The position numbers and the translations under genes are program-made. A stretch of 64,000 bases of DNA from Camelus ferus (Eukaryota): positions 54,872,001 to 54,936,000 of the forward strand of contig NC_045707.1 in the NCBI RefSeq assembly GCF_009834535.1. Direction: 5' to 3'. Under the pieces are notes generated by a model that made no database searches, had not been told where the DNA came from, and saw only the letters and a program-made list of their open reading frames with translations. This document shows, piece after piece, positions 52,015 through 64,000 of the stretch (positions are counted from its first letter, which is position 1; every line of letters starts with the position of its first letter).

Positions 52015-52480
52015 TTCTGTTAGTGCCCTGAGAGGAAACAGATGGCATACTTCAACTGGGTAATTTGAGAAGAGTTTAATAAAGTGTTTATGGAAACTGG
52101 AAGAGATGCTAACTCCAGGAATAGTAATAGCTGGAATCTACTCATGCCCCTAGCTCTAAAGAAGAGGAAATTGCTCCTGGTATTCAGAGTAAAACAACTG
52201 GGTAAAAAAGCACCAGCAGATAAAAATTATGACATTCAGGCTAGGGATGCTGCTAACCTTGGCAATTCCCTCTGGAGGAAAGACGGTAGAGAACATAATT
52301 AAACTTTACCTTCCTCCATTCCTTGACATTCTGTTGGTGATCCTCATTGACCAAACCTTACCATAAACTGTAGGATAAAAGAGTTCATTAATATAGATCA
52401 AATAGTTCAGCCTCCTGATTGGTACAGTGTAGTGGAGAAGGGTTTATAAGGATGCACACAGAAATTTGGTGTTTAGCAGC
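52015..52480. mobile_element. Ancient LTR fragment (family uncertain)
   Basis: 'aggaaacagatggcatacttcaactgggtaatttgagaagagtttaataaag' resembles old mammalian LTR ends. Confidence 0.5.
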
Positions 52481-53204
52481 AACCTGTCTTAAGATTCTTC
52501 CCATGGTTAATACATAAAAGATACACATTCAGAGGATAAAAGGAATAAAATAAATAAGAGTTCTGAGGATAAGTTCATAAGAACACCAAACTTTGAGACA
52601 AGCGGAAGACTTTCTTTTTCTTGTTATTTGTCCCATAGGTGCCAGAGAGTTATCCCTCTGTTCCTTCTCTCCCTGTCCTTTTTGTAGCCCTTGGGGATAC
52701 ATTATGGACATATAAAAGATAAATCATGCTGTCAGTTCTGTCATATAATTCAATGTAGTTATGCAAGTAAAAGCCAAAGTGAGGACATTTTATTTGTGAA
52801 TACTTGATCATTAGTGATATGAAAGATAATTTAAATAGAGAAGTTGGGTAGAAGCAATATTTCAGAAGGATTGAGGCATGAATGCTCCCAGAAGAATTAT
52901 AAGACATGAATCTAGGTTATTCTTTTAAGAAATGGGACAGTAAATAGATAATATCTTCAGGGAAAAAGATCGGACAAAAGAGGATTCACACTTCAGGTGC
53001 AAAATAATATAATACATTCATAAACTGAAGTAAAGCAATAATGAAATTAGACATTCACCAAGTAAGGAGGTGATTGGGGAAGGGTGATGTACAGAGTTTC
53101 TAGAGAAGATGCATTGTTGCACCAGAGTTTAATTCTTCACTATTTTACAAACATAAAGGAATAAACGGCCAGTACATGTTACAACTTCTTGTGTTTGAAA
53201 ACAT

Positions 53205-53475
53205 TTTTATTGAGTGAGAATAAGCAGAAAGAAAAGAGCAGCTATTATATGATTTCATTTATATGAAGTCCAAAAACTGACAGAATTAATCTATGGTGAT
53301 AGAACTCAGAAGAGTATTAATTGTTGGGCTTGAGTTTGGCTGAAATACATAAGAACATTTTCAGGGTGATGCAAATCATCTACGTCTTGTTAGGGAGGGT
53401 TTTTACACAGCTATATTGTACATACATATTTATCAAAACTTGAGTTCTGTATGAAAAATTTTCCTCCATTAAAAA
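53205..53475 (+). mobile_element. L1ME-like 3' end
   Basis: 'atgatttcatttatatgaagtccaaaaactgacagaattaatctatggtgatagaa'. Confidence 0.75.
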
Positions 53476-56400
53476 TTAGCTTGGAATACAAGATTATGGC
53501 TAAGTATATATAGTGACTAGATTGAATATAGAAGAACATATTTAAGTGGTCTGATACACTAGAAACAATCTTAAGAAAATTTGTAAAATTGATCTGATGC
53601 TTCTGGGTTGTATTAAGATGTACAGTCATGAAAAATAGCCAAAGGCTTGATCTGATTCATTTCAACCCGTTTAATACAGACATGGTCTCTTTTCCTAGAA
53701 GTTTAGTGAGGCAAAAGTAATAGTCTCATTTTTCAAACATTCCACTACTAAATTGCTTTATTAACATGACATATGCATATTGATTTCAAAAATTTACTAC
53801 CAGGGAAAATTATTTCTTGTGCAACAAAATTCTAACTCTTTTATTAATGTAAGTTTTAAGATAATTTTGAGATTGTGATAATTGTAAATAAGAAAACCAA
53901 AGGTAATATTATTTTCAGAATAGCTTTGACACATAAATAGCTTATATTTTATATAACTAAAATGACAATATGTGGTAGTTTGCATATGTTTTAAGTTAGA
54001 TGTAGTTTCTAGACAAATTTTTTTTAATAAGAAATCTCTTTATGCTGCTCAGTTTAATTTGGGGAATTTCAACATTTTTTTGTATCATTTGCATAAATTT
54101 CCTTTGAGTCAGTAGGAATGAATTGAGAAATCCCATAATACTCAAAATATAATAATTATAACAGTATATTTCAATGCTTTTCACAAAAGTGATCATTTAT
54201 CCATCACCTGGCATGTATATATTTATAAAAAATTATAAAGACAATTTCTGAGTGATTTTATTTCAATGTTAAATACATATTTATTTTGATAAATAGCAGA
54301 AGACTTGATTTTGATAAATTCATAATAAACATTGTGAAGTTTAGTTGAAACTAGGAAATTGGCAGACATCACATAAAGAAGTGAGAGTGATAAATAAGAA
54401 CTTGAAAGTATTGCTAAGTATTGACAGGGTGTATAAAATATTTTCCTATTTATAATAACCTCCAAGCCAAAAGACTAACATAGCAGAGTACCCAACAAAA
54501 GAAATAACATCTAATAAATGAAATTATTTTACATTAATACTAGATAAAGCATAAAAAATACAAAATAAAAGGGGCTATTTAAAATAAACACAGTGATCAT
54601 GCATGAGCCCTGAGAAAAGTTCCTACCTCAATTTTACAAGAATCAGGTTGAACTTTTCTATGAGCTTTTATTTTCATACTTCAAATATATCTCAGCTATG
54701 GGTATCTGCCAGCTTATGAATATTTATAGAACATTTCCTAGTTTCTCATGCAAGATAAATTCTAAAGAATTTCACAGACAGAGAGTTTGATTTTGCATGA
54801 GTCCCAGTTGCATATTTCCTAAAAGTGAAGAGATGTTAAATTGAAATCACAACAATACTGCTTGGGTCTAAAAGTGAATCTTGATTATATGCCATCCAAA
54901 AGAGGTTTGATTGAAGTATGGAAGTGTGCTTTTTTATTATTAAATTTCTATGAAATACTTAAAATTTTTTCTCTGTGAAACTTAAAAAATGTATTTCCCA
55001 TCTGATGGCATTTTTATTAGTGAAAATATGGAGGAATGAAGGGGAGGCTTATAATCCTAAACCAGTGAAGAGTGGTTGGAGTACAGATTTTTTTCTCTCT
55101 CCCTGAGATATGACTAGAAATAGTCTGGGGTTCCAAGTCTGGGTTCCATGCAGGCAGACAGACATGCTTAGAGCTATTGTATTATTTTTTCCTAAGATAG
55201 TTTCAGAAACTGGGGTTCTGTCTTTGCATTAAGTCCTACTTCTGTTTTCAGAATATTAAATTTTATTGTTTGTTTTTCCTTAATTCAAAATTGAAGTGAG
55301 TTTTTAAAGCTATTATTCTAACTTACTTGAAAGTGGTAAAAGGACACAACATAAATATCAGTTTCTTTTGATATCTGATATCTTAGCTAATAATTTAAAA
55401 TAGAATAGCTAAATTTACTTAGGTTGATGATGTAACAAAAACATAAGGTAACCCCTCTGTTTTGTAGTTGCAAAATTGTGTAGTAAACACATAGAAAGAC
55501 TGACAATAGATAGGGGCATTGGTAGTCACCACAGAAAGGCACAGTGTGTGGGGCAGATGTGAGAGCGGGAGTGTGCTGAAGTCTGACTTTGCTTCTTCTT
55601 TCTCAGTAAAGTGAGAGACAGGTCATAAACTGAGCATTTATGTTGAGAAGGAGTGCTTGGAGGTTTCAGGGGAGAAGAGGAGAGATTAAATGGTTACATC
55701 TGATATGGGGGAGTGAAAAAATATGATTGCCGGGCACTATTAAGGATACACTTGAGCTACATTGGTTGCCATGACTTTAAAGGGAGACTGGTCAAGGTTA
55801 GACCTGTCAAAGCCATTGTGTTTTGTTTCCAGCCAGTGCAGATATACAAGAAGTAGATAGAACCAGAGTGTAATATCAACAGAATAAGTGGGAAGAGAGA
55901 AACACAAGGGGAAAAAGGAACAGTGCAAAAAACTGATATTAAAAATTGACTATGGAATGTAAATTAGGTAGGAAGAGGAGAAAGAAAAGAGAGAGTGATG
56001 ACACAAAGTAAGGATATTCAGATCATCCATGTGCGTGCTATGTGTAAGAAATATGTCTGTTTTCTTACTAGGCATCTAACTGGGGGTCCCCACATTCAGA
56101 TTAGTAGGGAAGTGCTAAAAATAATTTTTACAGTATAGACTCACTGAATAACTTTGTTCAATAGAATGAGTCATTGAATAAATCTACCTACAGATAATCT
56201 TTTAGATGAGCTTTGTTTACTCTTTAATGTAAATTTCTTCAAGCCTCACACTAAATATTTTGTTAGCTGCATATAGGACTTTATGTATTGCTTTGTCCGA
56301 CAAGCTAATGCTTCCTGGTTCATTCTAATGAAAAGAAAAACTAAATGTGATTGAAGAGAGATTTGGGAATCAGTCTCACCTGTTTTTCAGCATGAAAATA

Positions 56401-56714
56401 AAACAACAAACAATTGGGGCACCATTTTCCAACAATCTGGTTTGTGGTTTTGTTTGTTTATGTGTTTCTTTTCTATTAAGTGTCTATTCGGTTCAAGATT
56501 CTTGGCTAGGGCCAGTTATCCCTTAGGTTCCATGCTCAAAAGTAAGGTTCCCTGTGCCTTACATAAGGTTATTAAAAACTTTGAGGTTCTGTTGGTAATA
56601 TAGGTAGCTGCCTCCAATTGAGTTAAAATTTAGTAATTAATTACTTGTCTTGCTGTAAAATAGATTTTAAGTTATATATTATATTTTTGTTAAAGGCATC
56701 AGAGAGATCTGTTT

Positions 56715-57125
56715 TCCCTAGCTTTATGGAGGTATGATTGACAAGTAAAATTGTATATATTTAAGATATGATTTCATGTATACATTGTGACATGATTACC
56801 ATAATCAAGTTAATTAGCACATCCATCACCTCACATAGTTACCATTGTGTGTGTGTGTGTGTATGATGTGAACACGTATGATCTACCCTCTTAGTAAATT
56901 TGAAGTGTACAACATAGTTTTATTAATTATAGTCACAATGTTGTACATTAGATCCCCTGAACTATATTTATCTTTATAGCTGTAATTTTGTCTCCTTTGG
57001 CCAACATCTCCCTATTTCCCTACCTTACAGCCCATAATAATCTCCATTCTGCTCTCTGTTTCTCTGTGTATGACTCTTTGGATTCCACATATACATGATG
57101 CCGTAGAGTGTTTGTCTTTCTCAGC
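56715..57125 (-). mobile_element. L1MA-like 3' end
   Basis: 'aatcaagttaattagcacatccatcacctcacatagttacc...ttgtacattagatccc'. Confidence 0.85.
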
Positions 57126-57235
57126 CAAGTATGGAATTTGGTGCCCAACAAATGACTAAGTGAAAGACAAAACTTCTAGATACCATCTGTTATCCAATGA
57201 CTATTAGTGTGAATGATTTTTTTTTAATGTTGCTA

Positions 57236-57366
57236 TTTTTTTTTGAGGGGAGGTAATTAGGTTTATTTATTTAATTAGTTATTTTAATGGAGGTACTGGG
57301 GATTGAACCCAGGACTTCCTGTATGCTAAGCATGAGTTCTAACCACTGAGATACACCCTCTCCCCC
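57236..57366 (-). mobile_element. tRNA-derived SINE of camelid Vic-1 type
   Basis: Minus strand GGGGGAGAGGGTGTATCTCAGTGG (A box) ... GGGTTCAATCCCCAGTACCTCCA (B box) ... AAACCTAATTACCTCCCCTC-poly(A). Confidence 0.85.
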
Positions 57367-58009
57367 AATTGTTTGTTGTTTTATTTTTGAATAATATTTT
57401 ATGGACTTCAATACTAATTAATGTGCTTAGAGAAATATATATCATTTCCTAGCCCATGTGGTCAAACACTATTAAATGACTGTTGTGCAGGTGTTCAGTG
57501 AAGAGTTCACACTTTTTCTCACAGATTTGGATATTCTGCCAGTCTTTATGCTGTTTTAAAATTAAGTTAATCTGAACCTTAATCTGTGCTGCTATATTTA
57601 GTGCATACATAAATACATTCTTCTTCATCTTAATATTATTATTATTATGTTGTATATAATAATACATAGAGGCTGCATTCCCCAAATACTGTGATATATG
57701 GCTTCAGGGTATTTGTATAGTAGGGAGCATCAGCTGGAAATAGTGTGGTATATCTTGCCTCAACTATCATCTCTAGAAAAAATTACATTTCCTCTATGGC
57801 TCCAGCATATACAGAAAATGCTTATCAGATCCAGATGCTATTCATGACAGTAGGCTCTCTACTTATGCAACCTTCCTTCTCCTTTCTGTCCCTCTGGCCT
57901 AGGAATTAGCAACTTTATCTCTTTGAAATCTCTAATTTTCTTTAGTGTTCTTCATTAGCTTCTCAGATTTTCCATCAACTCTGTAACCAATTCACTGTAA
58001 TGATGTCCC

Positions 58010-58820
58010 TTTATTTTATTTTATTCTTTAATGTTTTGTATTGAGGTAGAGTTGATGTACAGTATTATGTTTCAGGTGTACAGCATAGTGATTCACAATA
58101 TTTAAAGGTTATATTTCATTCACAGTTATTATAAAATAATGGCTGTGTTTCCTGTGTTGTACTGTGTATCTTGTAGCTTACGTATCTTATACAAAATAGT
58201 TTGTACGTCTTAATCCACTACCCGTCTCCCACCCCTCCCCTCCTCACTGGTAACCACTAGTTTGTCCTCTATATCTAAGAATCTGTTTCTTTTTTGTTAT
58301 ATTCACTAGTTTGTTTTATCTTTTAGATTTCACATATAAGTGATATATGCATATAACATTCATCTTTCTCTGTCAGACTCACTTAGTATAATGCTGTCCA
58401 TCTATGCTGCTGCAAATGGCAAAACTGTATTATTTTCTATGGCTGAGTAGTATTCTATTGTGCGCATTGTATGTATATGTATATATACGTATATACATAT
58501 ACACACTACATATTTATCCATTCATCTATTGAGGGACACGTAGGTTGCTTTCATATCTTGGCAATTGTAAATAATGCTGTCATGAACATTGGGATGCAGG
58601 TATCTTTTCGAGTTAGTGTTTTTGCTTTTGTTTTTGGAGAAATACCCAGGAGTGGAATTGCTGTATAATATGGTATTAATTTTTTTGGGAAACCTCCATA
58701 CCATTTTCCATAGTGGCTGCACCAATTTATATTCCTTCCAACAGTGTATAAAGGGTCCCTACTCTCCACATCTTCACCAACATTTGTTACTTGTGGTCTT
58801 TTTGATGATAACCATTCTTA
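58010..58820 (-). mobile_element. Younger L1 3' end
   Basis: ORF 58551-58769(-) ..TAIPLLGISPK..KDTCIPMFMTALFTIAKI matches the L1 ORF2 C-terminus; T-rich tail at left. Confidence 0.92.
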
Positions 58821-58929
58821 ATGTCCCTCTATTTTAAATACAGGTTTCTATTTCCCTTGCTCAACCCTGAATGATAGAAACATTATGTAAGTTTCACTGA
58901 TAGATGCATACCAGAATATATCGATATAC

Positions 58930-59450
58930 ATTCATTTGTTCATCCAACAAACATTTATTAAGTACCTCTTTGGAGATAGTTACAAAACAGGGTTTTGCAA
59001 ATACATCAGTAAGCAAAATTAAGTGGAGTTTTTCCTTATAAAACTCTGTGTAACAGATCAACAGATATGTAAGAGGTATCACATAAATTCTTGGTGTTGG
59101 ACTGGCTGTGAATAAGGTTGGGGATGGGGAAGAGAAAGCTTTTGCATAAGTAGATTGATATTTGTCAACTGCTCTGAAAGTAATGTTGCGTGAGGACCAG
59201 GTTTTGTGGGGGAAGTTATTGAGATGTGTTTTGTTTTGTTTTGAAATGTTGAATTTTAGATGTCTTTGATATATCAAAACATTCAAAGATAGTTGCAAAG
59301 TAGGCAACTGGAAAAATCAAGGCTCAGGATAAATACTTGTTTGTCATTTGTAGACAACTGAAATTAGAAATCCTGGAAATGAATGAGATTGCCTCAGGAA
59401 AGGGCATAAAAGAAGTTAGGATGGATTTCTAGAAATTTATAAACCTGTAG
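58930..59450 (-). mobile_element. L2 fragment
   Basis: 'ttcatttgttcatccaacaaacatttattaagtacct', 'gttttgaaatgttgaattttagatgtct'. Confidence 0.7.
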
Positions 59451-60067
59451 ACTTGAAAATAGTCCAAATCAGGAAATGAGTGATCATAACTTTTCCCAGA
59501 ACTACCTTTAAATATTCTCATAATTATATTTCAACTATTTATAAATGAATTGTTTCTCAGAATCTAAGAACAAAACAACTTTAAAATTCCATCACATGAA
59601 ATGTTTTTAAATATAATTATTATGTTTTCCTTTATGTGTACTTTTTAATGGCACAAATGCTTTAATACTTCTCTCTGGATGTCTGACCTTGAATAATACC
59701 TAAATCTTAAAGATAATTTTCTCACCTAACCTCAGCCATAGACCAAAACATATAGAGAATTATGTGAAAAAGTTTTTAACAGCTAACACTTTTTAAAAAT
59801 GTACCCACACATTTATTCATTCCTCCCAAATGCCAGTATATTGATATATACTATGTTTACATAAAGACATACTTTCACTGACAAAATTTCTTTTATTAAT
59901 TTCTCATAGAAAAACTGTATTCTTCAAATATTTGTTTAAAATCCAATTTAAAGCCCCATTAGAGAATAGGTTTAGAATGTCTTTTTTCCTCCAGATTTTT
60001 TTGAGGTATAAAAGACAAATAAAAATTGTATATATTTAAGGTGTATAATGATGTGTATATATATATG

Positions 60068-60070
<3 letters not shown>

Positions 60071-60100
<30 letters not shown>
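60071..60100. repeat. (AC)15 microsatellite
   Basis: Direct reading. Confidence 0.95.
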
Positions 60101-60103
<3 letters not shown>

Positions 60104-60569
60104 CATGCCTCAGAGATATTGCAGGTTTAGATCCAGATTACCACCATCAAGCTAATATCTGAATAAAGCAAGTCACACAAATGTTCTGGTTTCCCAGTGC
60201 ACATAAAAATTATATTTATACTGCATTCTAATTTGTTAAGTATGGAATAACGTGTCTTAAATAACAATGTAAAAACCTTAATTAAAAAGTACTTTATTGC
60301 TAAAATATGCTAACCATCATCTGAGCCTTCAGTGAGTCATAGTAGTAACATCAAAGATCACTAATCACAGGTCACCACAGCAAATATAATAATGATGAAA
60401 AGTTTGAAATATTGCAAAAATTACCAAAATGGGATACAGAGATATGAAGTGAGTAAATGCTGTTGGCAAAAATGGTTCTGATAGACTTGCCACAAACCTT
60501 CAATTTGTAAAAAATAGAGTATCTGTGAAGTGCATTAAAGCAGAGCACAAAAAAAACAAGACATGCCTG
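60100..60569. mobile_element. Tigger2a/MER28-like non-autonomous TcMar element
   Basis: Inverted ends caggcatgcctc...aagacatgcctg followed by TA; 'agagatattgcaggtt'. Confidence 0.85.
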
Positions 60570-61015
60570 TATGTTGTACTCAGGCAGTAAATCTCTTCAG
60601 TTCCAATGATATGACACAGGTTCCATCTCAGTGGAATCTCCATAAATAAAAACAAAACTCATTTAGTTCAGTTACAAGTGCAGCTAAACTGCATTCATGT
60701 ATTGTAAGAGAAATCAGTCATACATAGATTGATTATAACCAAACAAAACCAAAGCTGCTTTTATAGAAAGAAAATCTGGAACAATGAGTTGACTTTGTTT
60801 TCATCTCTTCTGGTAAACTAATTGCCTGGAAGTTAACAAAAAGTCAAGCTATACCCTTGAACAGGTTGACTCCATCATCAGGCAAAATAAGTTCACTAAT
60901 TAATAGACTTTCTTGAGAATTTTATAGTTTCATTTGTGGAGTGTACTTGATATCTCTGTGTAATGGCTACTAGTGACCTCTTCTTGGCATTTCTACCTTT
61001 ATTAAGGTAGAACTA

Positions 61016-61364
61016 CAGTCCACCCTTTATATACACAAGTTCTATGTCTGTTGACTCAATTAACTATAGATTAAAAAGACCAGTGAAAAAAATTCAAGAA
61101 AGTTCCAAAAAACAATATTTGAATTTGAGATGCACCAGCAACAATTTACATAGCATTTATGTTGTATTCACAACTATTTGCATATCATTTACATTGTACT
61201 AGGTATTGTAAGTAATCTAGAAATGATTTAAAGTACATGGGAGGATGTGTATAGGTTATATGCAAATACTCCACAGTATTTTATATAAGGGACTTGAGTG
61301 TCTGTAGATTTTATATCAGTGGGGGTTCTGGAAACAGTCCCCTGCACATACTGAAGGATGACTG
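61016..61364. mobile_element. MER2 (Tigger-family MITE), near full length
   Basis: TA|cagtccaccctt...gaaggatgactg ends; internal 'taggtattgtaagtaatctagaaatgatttaaagtacatgggaggatgtgtataggttatatgcaaatact'. Confidence 0.88.
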
Positions 61365-62001
61365 AAAATCATCTATCTCTTTATAATGCTATTTACATTT
61401 AAAAATGTGTATATTAAAGGTATTATCATGTTCATAATTACATACATTATATAAAATACATTATATATATTATGCATATATATAATATTTTATGTATCAA
61501 TTTTAGTGTTCTAAAGGAACTTAGTAGCATAATTTTGGACTTGTTTGTTTGACATATGGAATCCATCAGAGTAAAGAACAACCATTAATAGGTAAATGCT
61601 GTTATATCTCCCGTGATTAAAAACTCTTTTAGAGAGAATATATAACACATTAGATCTAACATTGAAATAAACAAATATAAGTGGTAAGAATTTGGAAACT
61701 TAAGTGAGTTGGACCTAGTAAAGTGAGGATAATATGATTGCAGTAAGGAGGATCCTGCAATATAAATTCTTAGTAAGGTAAAATATCAATCTGCTTAGGC
61801 AAAACTAGAAATTCAATTAGACACTTCTATAAAAATGTAAAAACTGACTCACACTAGATGTTATTTTTATCAACTCAAAGTCATTGGAAATGAATATATA
61901 TGAAATTGGTAAAAAGAGTAGATGAAAACTATATGAATCAATTTGAATTCTCTCTTGGAGATGCATAAAAAGCCAAATGTTTTAATAATTGTTAAAGGCA
62001 C

Positions 62002-62031
62002 TATATCTATCCATCATCCATTTATCTAATC

Positions 62032-62120
<89 letters not shown>

Positions 62121-62127
62121 ATCTATC
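62002..62127. repeat. Compound (CTAT)n(CT)n microsatellite
   Basis: Direct reading. Confidence 0.95.
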
Positions 62128-62159
62128 TTCCATCATTATCTACCTACCTATATGCCTAT

Positions 62160-63570
62160 ATTTATTCTTCAGAATTATCTATTGCTTTCTGGTTTTTAAT
62201 ATTTTTTCTTGAGAGCTGAGAGTCTTACTGTTGCTTTTTTCCCACTAACATATATTTTTGAGGGGTCCTTTTAAAGATATTTCTGTCTGTAGCCATTCTG
62301 TTATTGTATGCTGAGGGGGTGTTTTTTTAATTTTTTTGTTTTTTTGTATTTGTAACAATTTGAGTTTGTAGAGCCCCTTGCATTTCTGAGTTGATTTTTT
62401 TTTATCAGATTGGGCAAATTATTGGTCACTGTTTCTTCATACATTTTCTCTATGCCATTTTTTCTCTCTTCTAATACTCCAATTACACTTATATTTGACC
62501 TTGCCACAGTTTTCTGTAAGTGTTTTTTGTTATTTCCTTCTGTAACTCAGTTTGGATAGTTTGTATTAATCTGCTTAAATTTTTGATAAACTCATTAACT
62601 GTTTATTTTATTTTCAACTCTAGAAAACATACTTAATTTATTTTTAAAAATTCCATGTTTTTCTCTATTTTCTACATATTAATCATATTTATATTAAAAA
62701 CATTGTCTGCTAAGTACAAATAAAATCCATTATACTAAAACCGCTATTGACTTTTTTTTTCTTCTAGATTTTTTTGTCCTATAATTCTTTAAAAAAATTC
62801 TGATAATATTTTATTGAGTGCTAGATAAGCATTGGTATGAGAAAAATTTTAAGGACACAGATGAAATTATCTTCCTCTAGAAAGGGCTCTCACTTTCTTC
62901 TTTAGCATAAGACAGAGTGTGAGCTGAATTCTGAATCCAGTCAAAGACTGAGCTTAGTCAAACCAGGATGCAGTTCGGTTAGGCTCTTTACTATGATTTA
63001 CCCACCTTTTAAAAGATAAGGTCCTCCTGAGCTCTCAGATAAGGGTCTTGCTTATTTGTTGTTTTGTTTTTGTTTTTTAAACAAGGACCTTTTCTTCTAT
63101 TGGGTGATTAGCTCTTTCCTATCACAGAACTATGGAAAATTGTTTTGCAATTGAGAGATTTTTCTTGTTTCTAGAATTCTGATGCATACACATCAGAATT
63201 TGTCAGCTATCTCTAGGGGCACCACTCAAGTGTATTAGGTGTTTTAAGTTTCAGCTGTATTGCTCTCTCTGATGAAAGTTCCTGGATTTCTCTAACAAAG
63301 TTCCTCTGTTCAAGTTTACCCCGGACCCTGTATTCTGGGCCTCTTGCACTTGCCCAGAAACAGCAAACACTCCAGGAAAAAAAGCAACTGCAGATAATAG
63401 GTTTTATGCTTCAGGTTTCTCTCTTTTTCAAAATCTTAGCCTGTCTGGTTTTCCCTGTTTCTGTAGCTCTCTGATGCTTTTAAGTAAATTATTTCTTTGT
63501 TTTATTTAGCTTTTATAGTTGTTGTCTATGTGAACATTGATCTGTCGCAAATTATTCCATTCTAACCATA
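62160..63570 (-). mobile_element. Old L1 5' region with ORF1 remnant
   Basis: ORF 62301-62507(-) RSNISVIGVLEE..NGIEKMYEETVTNNLPNLIK matches the L1 ORF1 motif RSNI.IIGVPE..E.IFEEI..ENFPNL.K. Confidence 0.8.
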
Positions 63571-63599
63571 AGCAGAAATGCTTCCTACTTTTAAGATTC

Positions 63600-63850
63600 A
63601 TTTCCATATACAAATTATGTGAAGCTCGAATGCTTGATTTTGAATCTTGAATTTACCCATCACTGTTTACATGACCAAGAAAAAGTAATTCAATCTCATA
63701 TCATCTCAACTCCTAATTGTGTAAGCAAGAGAAAATCTACCAACTGATAGATGTGTTATGAGAATTAGTTAATACATAGAAAGTGCTTGAAATAGTGGCA
63801 GCCTTATTTTAAGTCCTAAATAATATATTAGCTATTCTTATTGCTTTTAT
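63600..63850 (+). mobile_element. MIR SINE
   Basis: 'tgttatgagaattagttaatacatagaaagtgcttgaaatagtggca...taaataatatattagctatt'. Confidence 0.65.
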
Positions 63851-64000
63851 TTTTGTTGTTTAAATCATGAAGTTAGCATATATATGTGGCTGTTTTAGGA
63901 TAATACAATTCAGAAGTTTAATTTAGTTCTAAAAATATTTATTAAAGAAGTGGCATGGGCAAGGCCTAGTAGCATAATTGCTATGCACTGTAGTGATCAA

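Larger units (their letters stand above)
39136..59699 (-). pseudogene. Possible decayed multi-exon gene (exon-like segments only)
   Basis: AG/GT-bounded segments in non-repeat DNA at 54208-54350, 49573-49608, 44699-44816, 42462-42624, 41065-41107, 39136-39192, and an acceptor at 59699; several contain stops. Confidence 0.25.

Noticed and set aside
57236..57366. tRNA gene
   Set aside because: The tRNA-like head continues into an AT-rich body and poly(A) tail, so it is a SINE
61989..62219. 76-aa Ser/Leu-rich ORF
   Set aside because: Translation of the (CTAT)n(CT)n microsatellite
1..64000. Prokaryotic systems (CRISPR arrays, operons, rRNA)
   Set aside because: The sequence is mammalian and repeat-rich; no regularly spaced repeat-spacer array or dense coding was seen

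Overview
AT-rich mammalian genomic DNA, most likely camelid, because a Vic-1-type tRNA-derived SINE sits at 57236-57366. I recognise no intact protein-coding gene; nearly all supplied ORFs are chance frames or repeat remnants. One CpG-island promoter (~1300-1880) has a full CRE flanked by inverted E2F sites and candidate splice donors pointing in both directions. The rest is dominated by old interspersed repeats: L1, L2, MIR, Tigger/MER2/MER5, MaLR, a class I ERV with gag remnants, and an ERVL/LTR16-type provirus. The most notable element is a ~2.4 kb fossil Mutator-like (MULE) DNA transposon at ~34288-36690. It has degenerate repetitive terminal inverted repeats, a decayed FLYWCH + MULE DDE transposase and a possible divergent second gene, and it is inserted into a MIR. 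A series of minus-strand exon-like segments (39-61 kb) may be the remains of a decayed multi-exon gene; this is low confidence. Repeat family names come from recalled consensus motifs, not a database search, and boundaries are approximate.
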